Below, piece after piece: positions 10,432 through 19,177 of a stretch of DNA of 64,000 nt (position 1 is the stretch's first letter; each line of letters opens with the position of its first letter). Below the pieces are notes generated by a model. The model did no database searches. It worked only from the letters and a program-made list of their open reading frames with translations, and had not been told where the DNA came from. The DNA lies in assembly GCA_963780545.1 (NCBI GenBank), contig CAWACK010000016.1:92149-156148 (forward strand), written 5' to 3'. This DNA is from Candidatus Bathyarchaeota archaeon (lineage in GTDB: Archaea; Thermoproteota; Bathyarchaeia; TCS64). Made by a program: the position numbers and the translations under genes.

Positions 10432-10549
10432 TAAATATTAATAGAGTTTGATGCGCTTATGCTTTTCGATTGAAATAGTTTAGATAAATGCTACCAGTTA
10501 TCAGATGACTTTTATCCTCTAAGCTTCATCGGTGGTACTATGATGCAAT

Positions 10550-10792
10550 TTATTCTTTCTTTTTATTCTCCTTTTTAATATTTGGTTTATGTCGATTATA
10601 TTTTCTCCATTCAATTATAAAATGTTCTGATACACCAGATATTTCATGAATTTCAATATCTGTTTTACCATAAGCATACAAACGTGTTATTTCTTTAATC
10701 TCATATTTAGGATTTCGAGGATATCCATTTCTATATATCCATGATTGTTTCATTCTTTTAATCATAGATGATTTAAGATATTCATTTTCCAA
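10550..10792 (-). CDS. Small HTH-containing island protein
   Basis: 80 aa. ...GKTDIEIHEISGVSEHFIIEWRKYN is HTH-like. It is basic and K-rich. Confidence 0.4.
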   Translation of the reverse strand: MENEYLKSSMIKRMKQSWIYRNGYPRNPKYEIKEITRLYAYGKTDIEIHEISGVSEHFIIEWRKYNRHKPNIKKENKKKE

Positions 10793-10895
10793 GTCACCAT
10801 GAAAATATAGAGATGCTATTTCTTTAATTAATTTACTTGTAGGCCAATATCTATGTTTTTCCTTTAATGTAGATTCTTTATTACTTTTATTAGAA

Positions 10896-11231
10896 TTAGG
10901 TTTTAATGGACATACTATTTCTCCATTGCTGTATTGTACTATATGGTATATCTAGCTTATTAGCTATTTTAATATCTGAATAGCCTCTTAGATAAAGTTT
11001 AATTCTTTCAGCATTTTCCATTGCTTGCTTATATTCATGTTCTTTATATTTTATTGGATTGTATTTAACTTTATAATTACGCTTAATTTCAAGGTGTCGC
11101 ATTCTCCATCTATACATTGATGGTTGAGATACACTACATCGTTTAGCAACTTCAGTATCGGTTAGACCTTCTGAATATAGTTCTATTCTCTTATCATTTT
11201 CCTCTGCTGTAATTCGTGGCGTTTTATTCAT
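10896..11231 (-). CDS. HTH DNA-binding protein with two HTH-like segments (sigma-70 region-4 / transposase-N-terminal-like)
   Basis: The two segments are ...LTDTEVAKRCSVSQPSMYRWRMRH... and ...YSDIKIANKLDIPYSTIQQWRN.... The repeat cluster lies immediately upstream at 11399-11530. Confidence 0.5.
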   Translation of the reverse strand: MNKTPRITAEENDKRIELYSEGLTDTEVAKRCSVSQPSMYRWRMRHLEIKRNYKVKYNPIKYKEHEYKQAMENAERIKLYLRGYSDIKIANKLDIPYSTIQQWRNSMSIKT

Positions 11232-11398
11232 CTTTCTTTTCAGTCTCCTTTATCCAAATTGAAGGCGCGCACTGGCTGGAATTATTCAATCTAAGCTGTA
11301 TGAGGTATTAAAATATTAGTAGACTTAAAGATGCATTTTTTAATCGAGTTGAAAGTATATTTAGGGCTAAATTCTTGATAAGAGTGTGGATATTTACA

Positions 11399-11530
11399 CC
11401 TAGAGTTGACGGATATCCAGCGTCTACAATCCTAGAGTTGACGGATAACCAGTAAACTGGGGCGAATTAGGGGTTAAAATGCCTTGATTCCTAGAGTGGT
11501 GGTTATCCATTTCTAGAGTGGCTGTAACGT
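11399..11530. repeat. Iteron-like repeat cluster: CCTAGAGTTGACGGATA(T/A)CCAG x2 plus two CTAGAGTGG partial copies; GGATAACC / GGTTATCC inverted pair
   Basis: The direct copies are at 11399-11420 and 11431-11452. CTAGAGTGG half-sites are at about 11491 and 11513. ggataacc in copy 2 is the reverse complement of ggttatcc at about 11502. Confidence 0.5.
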
Positions 11531-11614
11531 AGCGCATTTATGATTTAGAAGCTATTATAAATGACTCTTTAACCAAGAGGAAACATTTTAGGGGGTAAAA
11601 ATTTTAGCCTTCTA

Positions 11615-11693
11615 GGAGGCTCGGTATACCCAAAATAATTATGCACACAATTTGCAACATCTAGATAGTGCGTAATGAGGCTCTTCGGTATAC
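11615..11693. repeat. Second direct-repeat pair GAGGCTC(TT)CGGTATAC near the island's right end
   Basis: ggaggctcggtataccc is at 11615-11631 and gaggctcttcggtatac at 11677-11693. Both lie about 100-160 bp from the right junction core, as expected for arm-type recombinase sites. Confidence 0.4.
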
Positions 11694-11744
11694 AACGATA
11701 TGCCATATAAAGGATCCATTTGCCAAAAGGGGCATAAATAAGGC

Positions 11745-12008
11745 TCAAACAAAATTAACACTTTTATGTAAATTTATTATGCTCACCGTGTACGCTCTTC
11801 TCAACATAATGTTCCCATGGCTGTAGGTTGCTTTCCTTAGACTCACATAGATGCAGGGTGGGCGAGAATTACAAATGCCTCCCCATGCTGCTGTCATTAT
11901 GTTTGGTTTCCCTGAAGCATCATAGGTTCCTACAACCCAGACTGGCGAAGGAAGTGTATATGTCCCAGCACCTAGTGACTTCTTCGAACCTTTAATCCCC
12001 ATTTCCAT
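11745..12008 (-). pseudogene. Flavin reductase-like gene, N-terminal fragment (3' end past ~11786 replaced by island sequence)
   Basis: ...[59 protein letters not shown]... is the conserved N-terminal half of the Flavin_Reduct domain. The ORF then terminates 13 codons into AT-rich island DNA. Confidence 0.6.
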
Positions 12009-12167
12009 TTCTACATACCTTCAAGCACTATGCCTTATTGAGAGTCTTTGATAACCTCATTGTAAAAATTACGAATACACCTTTCGCGTGTAAATGCTGC
12101 AATATTCGCTATAGTGGACCCATTTACATTCTAATATTAGTGTTACAAAAAATAAGATGGATCAACC

Positions 12168-13094
12168 ATGTCTTTGGCATTCAATGGAGCGAAGTTCTGC
12201 TGGATGGATGGAAGTGTCGTTGAGACCGATCGAGCGCTGGTCTCGGCGATGGAGCCGATATACCTCGGGATATTCGAGGGGATAAAGGCGTATACAAAGG
12301 GCAATGTAGGCGGCGAGGGGAGACTCCAAGTATTCTCCTGGGATCAGCATATGGACAGGCTATGGAGGAGTGCGGCGATAGATGGCTTGAAGATGCCCTA
12401 CAGCAGGGACGAGTTGTTGAAGGGACTCCGAGAAGTAGTGGAAACGAATGGCTTTAGTTCCAACATCTACATACAGCCCAGGATCTGGCCTAAAGCTGGG
12501 GAACCCGAGGAAGTCCACGTAGTGATTCCTGTCTGGAAGTTCAGCACTCTCCTGCCATCAGTTAACCCGGAGTTCTCGAAGACGAGGAGGTTCATGGTAA
12601 GCAGCTGGAGACGGATCTCGAGCGATGCCCTGCCACCCCAGGCTAAGAGCTGGGCGAACTACGCGAACAGCAACCTCGCCGCTAGGGAAGCTAAGAGGTG
12701 TGGCTACGACTCCGCGATATTCCTTGATAGCAGGGGTTTTGTGTCGGAGGGTACGGGGGCTTGTCTAATGTGCGTCCGCGACGGTGAGCTGATTACTCCA
12801 CCAGTGACGGCCAGCATACTCGAGTCCGTTACGAGAAACCTCTTTCTGGAGTTTGTCCCCTATGACCTTGGTATAGCAACTGAGGTTAGGGACCTCACCC
12901 GAGCTGAGCTCTATGCATCCGAAGAAGTATTCTTATGCGGCACAGGAGGCGAAGTAACTCCGATAACCAGCATCGACGATATTAAGATTGGCATAGAGTA
13001 CCCGGGGCCTATAACTAAGAAGATAGCCGACTATTACTCGGAGGTTCTAACGGGGAACGTGGATAAGTATAGCAGTAGATTAACCCCAATTTAG
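12168..13094 (+). CDS. ilvE: Branched-chain amino acid aminotransferase (PLP fold type IV)
   Basis: 308 aa. The N-terminus ...FCWMDGSVVETDRALVSAMEPIYLGIFEGIKAYTKGN... matches the BCAT pattern (MDG.ivp...A..sv.d.gl.YGdgvFEG.kAY). Confidence 0.8.
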   Translation: MSLAFNGAKFCWMDGSVVETDRALVSAMEPIYLGIFEGIKAYTKGNVGGEGRLQVFSWDQHMDRLWRSAAIDGLKMPYSRDELLKGLREVVETNGFSSNIYIQPRIWPKAGEPEEVHVVIPVWKFSTLLPSVNPEFSKTRRFMVSSWRRISSDALPPQAKSWANYANSNLAAREAKRCGYDSAIFLDSRGFVSEGTGACLMCVRDGELITPPVTASILESVTRNLFLEFVPYDLGIATEVRDLTRAELYASEEVFLCGTGGEVTPITSIDDIKIGIEYPGPITKKIADYYSEVLTGNVDKYSSRLTPI

Positions 13095-13190
13095 CCTTCG
13101 AATGTTCCATAGACGCGTAATTTGCTCCCTCTTACAGATCGCGCACCTACGAGATTTTTAATCCATACTAAAGAATTATATTACGATGAT

Positions 13191-13577
13191 ATGACCGCTC
13201 CTGATGATCAGCTAGCTAGTGAAAGAAAGGATCCCGCTTCAAGCAGCAGAAACGTGATCGATTGGGTTACATTCTCAAGAAAAAGAGGTCTTGGGATGTG
13301 GGCTTGGATGCTGCAAAGGTTGTCAGCCATTATACTAATCGTATGTGGAATTCTTCACATTATGGATAACCAATTTGGATTCATAATCCCTGGGGGAGAT
13401 TTCGTGACAGTGGATTTACTGGTGTTCTCATTCGCATTCCATACTTTCAATGGCGTCCGTGTTATGTTGATTGAATCTGTGGGATTACTAGCGAAGTACG
13501 AGAAGGCTCTCTTTTACCTAGTTATCCTCGGTGAACTAGTCTTTGTGTTTTGGTGGGCATTTACAGTCGGTCTATGA
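13191..13577 (+). CDS. sdhC: Succinate dehydrogenase membrane anchor / cytochrome b-like subunit (SdhC-like); alternative TTG start at 13122
   Basis: Hydrophobic helices (...WAWMLQRLSAIILIVCGILHI...) lie immediately upstream of sdhA and overlap it by 4 nt. Confidence 0.55.
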   Translation: MTAPDDQLASERKDPASSSRNVIDWVTFSRKRGLGMWAWMLQRLSAIILIVCGILHIMDNQFGFIIPGGDFVTVDLLVFSFAFHTFNGVRVMLIESVGLLAKYEKALFYLVILGELVFVFWWAFTVGL

Positions 13578-15289
13578 GGTATTACACATTGGATAGGCAC
13601 GAGATCATTGTTGTAGGCGGAGGATTATCCGGTTTAAGGGCAGCCATCGAAGCTAAGATCCGAGGCGCTGATGTTGCTATTCTATGTGAAACATATCCGA
13701 TGAGGTCGCATTCAGTGGCGGCGCAAGGCGGGATAAATGCCTCATTGGGGAACTCAGATCCATCAGACAGCGTCGAGAAGCATGCGTTTGATACGGTAAA
13801 AGGGTCTGATTACCTAGCGGATCAAGATTCAGTTATTGAACTCTGTGAGGACGCGATTATCAGGGTTCGAGAGCTAGATGCTTGGGGTTGTCCTTTCAGT
13901 AGGTACGATGATGGTAGAATCGCACAAAGACCGTTTGGGGGGGCCGAGTTCCCCCGAACTTGTTTCGCTGCCGATAAGACTGGCCACGCAATCACACACA
14001 CAGTTTATCAGCAGGCTCTGAGACTTGGCGTCGTTATCCTCAACGAGAAGATTGCCCTTCGCCTAGCGGTAGATGCGGTTGGGGTTCGAGGTTTGGTTGC
14101 TCTTGATTTAAAGAGTGGTCAAATTGAATCATTACAGGCGAAAGCCGTTATTATTGCCACAGGTGGCGCAGGTAGAGTCTATTCTCGTACAACCAATGCG
14201 CATCAGAGTAATGGATACGGAATCGCTATGGCAAGTTGGGCCGGGGTACCTATAGAGGATATGGAGTTTGTGCAATTCCATCCTACAACACTCTTGGGAA
14301 GCAACATCCTCATCACTGAGGCGGCGAGAGGGGAAGGAGGATTGCTCTACAATGCTTCTGGGGAACGTTTCATGCAGAGATATGCACCAGAGAAGATGGA
14401 ACTTGCCCCCAGAGACATCGTGGCACGAGCGATTTGGAGGGAGATCCTCGAGGGCAGAGGCTTCGAAGGTGGTTATGTCAATTTGGACATAACACATCTT
14501 GGAGAACAAACGATAATGAAGAAATTACCCCAAATACAGGAACTTGCCTTAAGGATGGCTGGTGTTGACGCCACGAAAGAGCCGATTCCTGTACAACCAG
14601 GTCAACACTACACCATGGGGGGCATTGAGACAGATTCCGTTGGTCGAACTCGGTTATCCGGATTGTTCGCTGCCGGTGAATGTGCATGTGTGAGTATTCA
14701 CGGTGCCAATCGACTCGGTGGGAATTCGCTCTTAGATTGTCTCGTCTTCGGAGCTAGGGCAGGATATGCTGCAGCTGGGTCCTTAAAGGAGTCACAATTT
14801 GGAGGAGAAGCCGCCATAGAAAAAGCATCGAAGCATGTAGATTCTCTAATCAAGTCACTGATCAAGCGCGGGTCCGAAGAAGGCAGCGTAAATCATCATC
14901 ATATTCGTAAAGAGCTTCAAAGCGTCATGTGGGAAGATGCAGGTATATTCAGAGACGGGGATAGGTTGACTAATGGGTTATCGAAGATCAAGCTTCTCAA
15001 AGAGAATTTTTACAGCAATTCTGGAGTATCTAGGGAACATGGTTCCTTCAACCTCGATTTAGTCGACGCCCTGATGTTATCAGGGATGCTTGACGTATCT
15101 TTAGCAATAGTTGGAGGCGCTCTGTTGAGACGGGAGAGCAGGGGGAGCCACTACAGGTTAGACTATAACAAGAGGAACGACGAAGAGTGGCTAAAACATA
15201 CACTAGCCTTCCATACAAGTGAGGGGCCGCGTTTCGAATACAAGCCCGTTCAACTTTCTAGGTGGTCCGTTAAAGAGAGGGAGTACTAA
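13574..15289 (+). CDS. sdhA: Succinate dehydrogenase / fumarate reductase flavoprotein subunit
   Basis: It has an FAD Rossmann motif (HEIIVVGGGLSGLRAAIEA), the covalent-FAD region (RSHSVAAQGGINA), an HPTTL motif and a C-terminal LRRESRGSHYR motif. The ORF listed from 13550 most plausibly starts at ATG 13574. Confidence 0.9.
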   Translation: MRYYTLDRHEIIVVGGGLSGLRAAIEAKIRGADVAILCETYPMRSHSVAAQGGINASLGNSDPSDSVEKHAFDTVKGSDYLADQDSVIELCEDAIIRVRELDAWGCPFSRYDDGRIAQRPFGGAEFPRTCFAADKTGHAITHTVYQQALRLGVVILNEKIALRLAVDAVGVRGLVALDLKSGQIESLQAKAVIIATGGAGRVYSRTTNAHQSNGYGIAMASWAGVPIEDMEFVQFHPTTLLGSNILITEAARGEGGLLYNASGERFMQRYAPEKMELAPRDIVARAIWREILEGRGFEGGYVNLDITHLGEQTIMKKLPQIQELALRMAGVDATKEPIPVQPGQHYTMGGIETDSVGRTRLSGLFAAGECACVSIHGANRLGGNSLLDCLVFGARAGYAAAGSLKESQFGGEAAIEKASKHVDSLIKSLIKRGSEEGSVNHHHIRKELQSVMWEDAGIFRDGDRLTNGLSKIKLLKENFYSNSGVSREHGSFNLDLVDALMLSGMLDVSLAIVGGALLRRESRGSHYRLDYNKRNDEEWLKHTLAFHTSEGPRFEYKPVQLSRWSVKEREY

Positions 15290-15290
15290 A

Positions 15291-16034
15291 ATGGCTATGA
15301 AATTTAAATTAAATGAAGCTGAGAACGTTGAGTTCCTGGTTTACAGGTTTGACCCCCTCAAGGATAAAAGACACTACTACGTGATTTACGATGTACCTTT
15401 CCATAGGGGAATGACCGTTTTAGATGGTCTCCTATATGTTCTAGAGGAACTTGATCCAACAATTTCGCTTCGATACAGCTGCAGATTCAAAGTCTGTGGG
15501 TCTTGTGCTATGATGATTAATGGCTTACAGCGGTTAGCCTGTGAGACGCAGGTGTCCAATTTAGGTAAGCGCATTAAGGTTGAGCCCCTCGCACACTTCA
15601 AAGTCATTAAAGACTTGGTGGTGGATATTGAGCCATTCTTGGAAAAGATGAATGCAGTGAAACCCTGGGTTAATCCAAAAACTTGGCTAGAGCCCCCAAG
15701 GGTTACACCATTGGAGTTGGCGAGGTACCTTTCCCCCTCCGATTGCATTTGGTGTGGCGCATGTATGTCTGCCTGCCCAATCGTTGGCACCGAACCATAT
15801 TATTTGGGGCCTGCTCCCCTCGTTCAACTCTTCAGGTTTAATGTCGATGAGAGGGAGCTCGTTGAGGAGAAGTATCTTAGACTCCTGGTCGCGGATAGCG
15901 ATCTATCTGGGGTTTGGAGGTGTCATCAGGTTTTTGCTTGCACGACTGTTTGTCCGAAGAACATTGATCCTGGTCGTCACATCGCTGAGTTGAAGAGGAT
16001 GGTTGTGAAAAACCGGTTTAAGGGCAATATTTAG
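15291..16034 (+). CDS. sdhB: Succinate dehydrogenase iron-sulfur subunit
   Basis: Cys clusters are present for the [2Fe-2S] (CRFKVCGSCAMMING..C), [4Fe-4S] (CIWCGACMSACP) and [3Fe-4S] (CHQVFACTTVCP) centres. ATG at 15291 lies 1 nt after the sdhA stop. Confidence 0.9.
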   Translation: MAMKFKLNEAENVEFLVYRFDPLKDKRHYYVIYDVPFHRGMTVLDGLLYVLEELDPTISLRYSCRFKVCGSCAMMINGLQRLACETQVSNLGKRIKVEPLAHFKVIKDLVVDIEPFLEKMNAVKPWVNPKTWLEPPRVTPLELARYLSPSDCIWCGACMSACPIVGTEPYYLGPAPLVQLFRFNVDERELVEEKYLRLLVADSDLSGVWRCHQVFACTTVCPKNIDPGRHIAELKRMVVKNRFKGNI

Positions 16035-16062
16035 GTTATCAGCCACTACGCTGGCGCATCAC

Positions 16063-16470
16063 TTATGGGTGAAGTGTGAGTCCCTTGCAGACGGTATCTA
16101 TCTGCCTCTTCGTGTTCCTTATGGCCAACCCGACGAGGTTCAGATCTTCGCTCTTCACATTCGCGACCTCTGCGCGGTTGTCCTCATCATTATAGGTCTT
16201 GAAAAGCTCCTCTGTGTAGATGCTGATCCTCATGTTTCTCTTCATAGCCCGTTCGTAGACTTCCCTTATCTTCTCCCTGTTGGCGCTGAAGATGAGTATA
16301 GGCTGCCTACTCATGGGGAGATAGACGTTGCCGGAGGCATCGATGTAGTTCTCGCCAACTATCTGCTCTGTACCGGCGATCCCGCTGATTGTGAAGGCGG
16401 TGACGTTCAACTTCTGCCAGGTGGCGAGGTCATCTCTCAGAATCACTACAATCTTAGTGTCGAAATCCAT
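16063..16470 (-). CDS. Uncharacterised conserved protein (DUF2000-like)
   Basis: 135 aa. ...KIVVILRDDLATWQKLNVTAFTISGIAG... resembles the N-terminal signature I recall for DUF2000-family proteins. This is a tentative call. Confidence 0.4.
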   Translation of the reverse strand: MDFDTKIVVILRDDLATWQKLNVTAFTISGIAGTEQIVGENYIDASGNVYLPMSRQPILIFSANREKIREVYERAMKRNMRISIYTEELFKTYNDEDNRAEVANVKSEDLNLVGLAIRNTKRQIDTVCKGLTLHP

Positions 16471-16599
16471 GTCCAGTGGTTGTGTTTTCTTATTTTAAAA
16501 GGGATCCTACCTGTGTAACCCTAAAGTAGCGTACAAAACATTAGAGAAATTTCACAGTGAATAAGTCTTTTTTAGGATACAATTATATCGCCTAACCGC

Positions 16600-17334
16600 A
16601 TGGTGGAGACTGTTATGACCCTCACTGAGAAGGAAATTATCGAAAAACTCGAGAAGATCGATACCCCGACGATAAGCAACGTCGTGGCGACCTACCCACG
16701 CGCTGATAGCTGCATGAAGCTCTATGATGCTTGGTATGGCGCATGGTACACGGATCAAACGATCAAATGTATGTACCCTGAGATGGGGCCCAAGGTTGGA
16801 TATGTCTCAACCGTGGTTTTTTGCGAAAAGTCTGAGAAGTACACGGGTATGAACAGATGGGCTCTTCCGGAGCATATAGATCGCACTAAGAAGCCCGTCG
16901 TCCTCGTCGCGGAGCAGCAGTTCCCCCCAGAGTTAGCGAATAGGGTTGGGCTCTTCGGCGAGATCATGACGACGCAGTATAAGGCCCTCGGCGTCATCGG
17001 AGTGATCACAAACGGCCCCATGAGGGACATCGACGCCATAAAGCCGATGAACTTCCAGTACTACTCCACTGGCGTAACACCTGGCCACGGCGACTTCATG
17101 GTTAAGGAGGTCGACGTGCCCGTAACGGTGGGTGGAATGACTGTAATGCCGGGTGACATGGTTCACATGGATCTGCATGGTGTGGTCAAGTTCCCTGCTG
17201 CTAAGATGGAGGAGATCCTTGAGCGAGCGACTAAGCTTCTGGAGTCTGAGTCGTCGATCACCAAGATCTATAAGGACCCCGAGTTTACACTTAAGAAGTG
17301 GAAGCAGAGCGTCGACGGGACGAAGTCTTATTGA
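16600..17334 (+). CDS. RraA-like / 4-hydroxy-4-methyl-2-oxoglutarate aldolase family protein (second paralog in window)
   Basis: ...GVIGVITNGPMRDIDAI...GGMTVMPGDMVHMDLHGVVKFP... fits the RraA G..G.V.DG..RD...V.PGD.v..D.dGVV motif set. Confidence 0.65.
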   Translation: MVETVMTLTEKEIIEKLEKIDTPTISNVVATYPRADSCMKLYDAWYGAWYTDQTIKCMYPEMGPKVGYVSTVVFCEKSEKYTGMNRWALPEHIDRTKKPVVLVAEQQFPPELANRVGLFGEIMTTQYKALGVIGVITNGPMRDIDAIKPMNFQYYSTGVTPGHGDFMVKEVDVPVTVGGMTVMPGDMVHMDLHGVVKFPAAKMEEILERATKLLESESSITKIYKDPEFTLKKWKQSVDGTKSY

Positions 17335-17347
17335 TTGGAGTTGAGAT

Positions 17348-18337
17348 GTGTTGAAGATACTTTTTGTGGCTGGGCGGTGGGCCCAGGATATTGAAAAATC
17401 TGAGAGGCTAAAAGAGCTGAGGAAGCGCGCCACCGTTGATGTGGCTCTATCCGGTGAGGAGAAAGAGCTGATCGAAAAGGTGGGGGACGTCGAAGTCATC
17501 ATTACCGGTGGCCCAATCACCGCCGCTGTCATCAAAGCAGCCCCGAAACTGAAGATGATTCAGACTACGAGCGTCGGCTTCGACTACATCGACGAGGCAG
17601 CAGCCGCAGCCAAGGGTGTGATCATCTGCAACGTCGCCGGAGTCAACGCCAACAGCGTCGTCGAGCTCGACTTCGGAATGATACTGGATATTGCCCGAAG
17701 AATAGGCGCCCACAACCGCCTCATGAGGGAGGGGGGCTGGGGTAGGGTTGATGTTGAGCGACAGGTCGAGATTCGAAACAGCACGATCGGCATCGTTGGC
17801 TTGGGAGCGATCGGTAGTAGGATGGCGCAGTTCGCCAAGGCGGCCTTCAACATGAAGGTACTTGCTTACGACCCCTATATCACGGAGGCTAGGGCTCAAC
17901 AGTTTAATGCAGAGCTTGTTGATATCGAAACCTTGTTTAAGAAGTCGGATATCGTGTCGATTCACGTACCCCTCAACGATGAGACCCGCCATATGATTGG
18001 CGAAAGGTTGCTGAGGCTTATGAAGCAGACCGCAATCTTCGTCAGCAGTGCCAGAGGCCCAATAGTCGACGAGGAGGCTCTAATCAAGGTCCTGCAGGAG
18101 AAGAGGATCAGTGGGGCCTGTATAGATGTATATGAGATGGAGCCGCTCCAGAGGGATAGCCCCCTAAGAAGCCTTAACAACGTCTCCATAGTCCCGCACA
18201 TAGGTAGTACGCCTGGTATCATGGTTGAGATGAGGGAAACGGCTGTTTGGAACGTGCTAAGGGTTGCGAATGGTGAGGCGCCTCTGAACATTCAGACGCC
18301 GAAGGTCTACTACACTAGCCCAAAGTGGGCTCTTTAA
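17348..18337 (+). CDS. D-isomer-specific 2-hydroxyacid dehydrogenase (PGDH/glyoxylate-reductase family), GTG start
   Basis: The NAD-binding motif is GIVGLGAIGSRMAQFAKAAFNMKVLAYDPY, and the catalytic region ...SIHVPLNDETRHMIGE...VPHIGSTP is typical of the family. Confidence 0.85.
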   Translation: MLKILFVAGRWAQDIEKSERLKELRKRATVDVALSGEEKELIEKVGDVEVIITGGPITAAVIKAAPKLKMIQTTSVGFDYIDEAAAAAKGVIICNVAGVNANSVVELDFGMILDIARRIGAHNRLMREGGWGRVDVERQVEIRNSTIGIVGLGAIGSRMAQFAKAAFNMKVLAYDPYITEARAQQFNAELVDIETLFKKSDIVSIHVPLNDETRHMIGERLLRLMKQTAIFVSSARGPIVDEEALIKVLQEKRISGACIDVYEMEPLQRDSPLRSLNNVSIVPHIGSTPGIMVEMRETAVWNVLRVANGEAPLNIQTPKVYYTSPKWAL

Positions 18338-18339
18338 TT

Positions 18340-18390
18340 TGCAATATTGCAGCTTTCGATCTTTAAAAAGCGCCATTCAACCTTTTTTTT
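18340..18390 (+). terminator. Palindrome TGCAATATTGCA followed by a T8 run downstream of the dehydrogenase gene
   Basis: A 12-bp perfect palindrome lies at 18340-18351 and a T8 tract at 18383-18390, in archaeal oligo-T terminator style. Confidence 0.35.
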
Positions 18391-18646
18391 ATCTTAATTA
18401 AATATTTCCACTCCACAAAGGACTATTTGTATTTTCCATTTTTTATATCGGCAGCTTCGACACATTTGAGATCGCGCCAAAGACCTTTAGGAAGACCCGT
18501 TTTGATTGAATATCCAAAATTCCAGGGAATCGATATTGTTTATTTAAATGTGGAAGGATTCACGCGCGCCGTTGAGAAGCATGAACATTAGTTTCACTTT
18601 TATATCCCTATAAGTTCTTATTTTATGACATTATAATAGTGAAGGC

Positions 18647-18655
18647 TTTTTATAA
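18647..18655 (+). promoter_or_regulatory. TATA-like box (TTTTATAAT) ~26 bp upstream of the CBS-gene ATG (leaderless-type promoter)
   Basis: An A/T box preceded by a purine-rich stretch (gtgaaggc). Its distance to the ATG is consistent with TSS at or near the start codon. Confidence 0.3.
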
Positions 18656-18676
18656 TGTAAATCAGAGATTATAACC

Positions 18677-19102
18677 ATGTCATACAAGGTAAAGGACTAT
18701 ATGGAGAGCTTCTTGGTCACTGACCTTGAGACATCTATCCACGAGGCTGCTGATATTATAGCCGGAGGAGTAAATGATCTCATCGTCATAATGGAGAAGG
18801 GGATACCTAGGGGTTTTATCTCCGCGGCTGACATAGTGTCCAAAGTCATTGCGGTTGGCTCCGACCCAACCAATGTCAAGGTTAAGGATGTGATGACGAC
18901 GCCTTGCGTGATGATAGACCCTGACGATGATCTGATGCATGCCTCAGATATGATCCGGAGAGGAAATCACAATCTGCTTGTAGTCATAAAAAACGGTATA
19001 ATCTACGGTGTGATCACCCCCGGAAGCATAGCTATGAGGTTTGGCGAATACGTGGATAAGGCAGTAAAGGATGTTGTTCGATATAGCGTGTCCTTCCGTT
19101 AG
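18677..19102 (+). CDS. CBS-domain pair protein
   Basis: 141 aa with two CBS motifs (...VKDYMESFLVTDLETSIHEAADII... and ...VKDVMTTPCVMIDPDDDLMHASDMI...). Confidence 0.8.
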   Translation: MSYKVKDYMESFLVTDLETSIHEAADIIAGGVNDLIVIMEKGIPRGFISAADIVSKVIAVGSDPTNVKVKDVMTTPCVMIDPDDDLMHASDMIRRGNHNLLVVIKNGIIYGVITPGSIAMRFGEYVDKAVKDVVRYSVSFR

Positions 19103-19177
19103 TTCCTAATCACTTATTCTATAGTGAATCGCATATGCGAATCCTACATATGCGAGGTTAAAGATTAGTTTTTAATT

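Larger units (their letters stand above)
7733..11785. mobile_element. Integrated AT-rich element (~4.05 kb) encoding a tyrosine integrase and small HTH proteins, inserted into a flavin reductase-like gene; 8-bp direct repeat TATGCTCA at both junctions
   Basis: GC drops abruptly (by eye ~30% against ~50% in the flanks) between about 7800 and 11750. The two halves of one flavin-reductase-like ORF flank the region. TATGCTCA occurs at 7733-7740 and 11778-11785. The island carries an integrase, HTH proteins and iteron-like repeats. Confidence 0.65.

Noticed and set aside
11399-11530. Possible CRISPR array (repeated 22-mers)
   Set aside because: There are only two full copies plus partials. Spacing is irregular (32, 59, 22 bp) and no repeat-spacer periodicity or cas genes are nearby. 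The cluster is better explained as protein-binding iterons.
16933-18291. Long ORFs antisense to the RraA-like and D-2-hydroxyacid dehydrogenase genes (16933-17535, 17447-17992, 17584-17853, 17962-18291)
   Set aside because: The sense-strand genes have unambiguous family motifs. The antisense ORFs are low-complexity (Ser/Leu/Arg-rich) and typical of GC-rich antisense frames.
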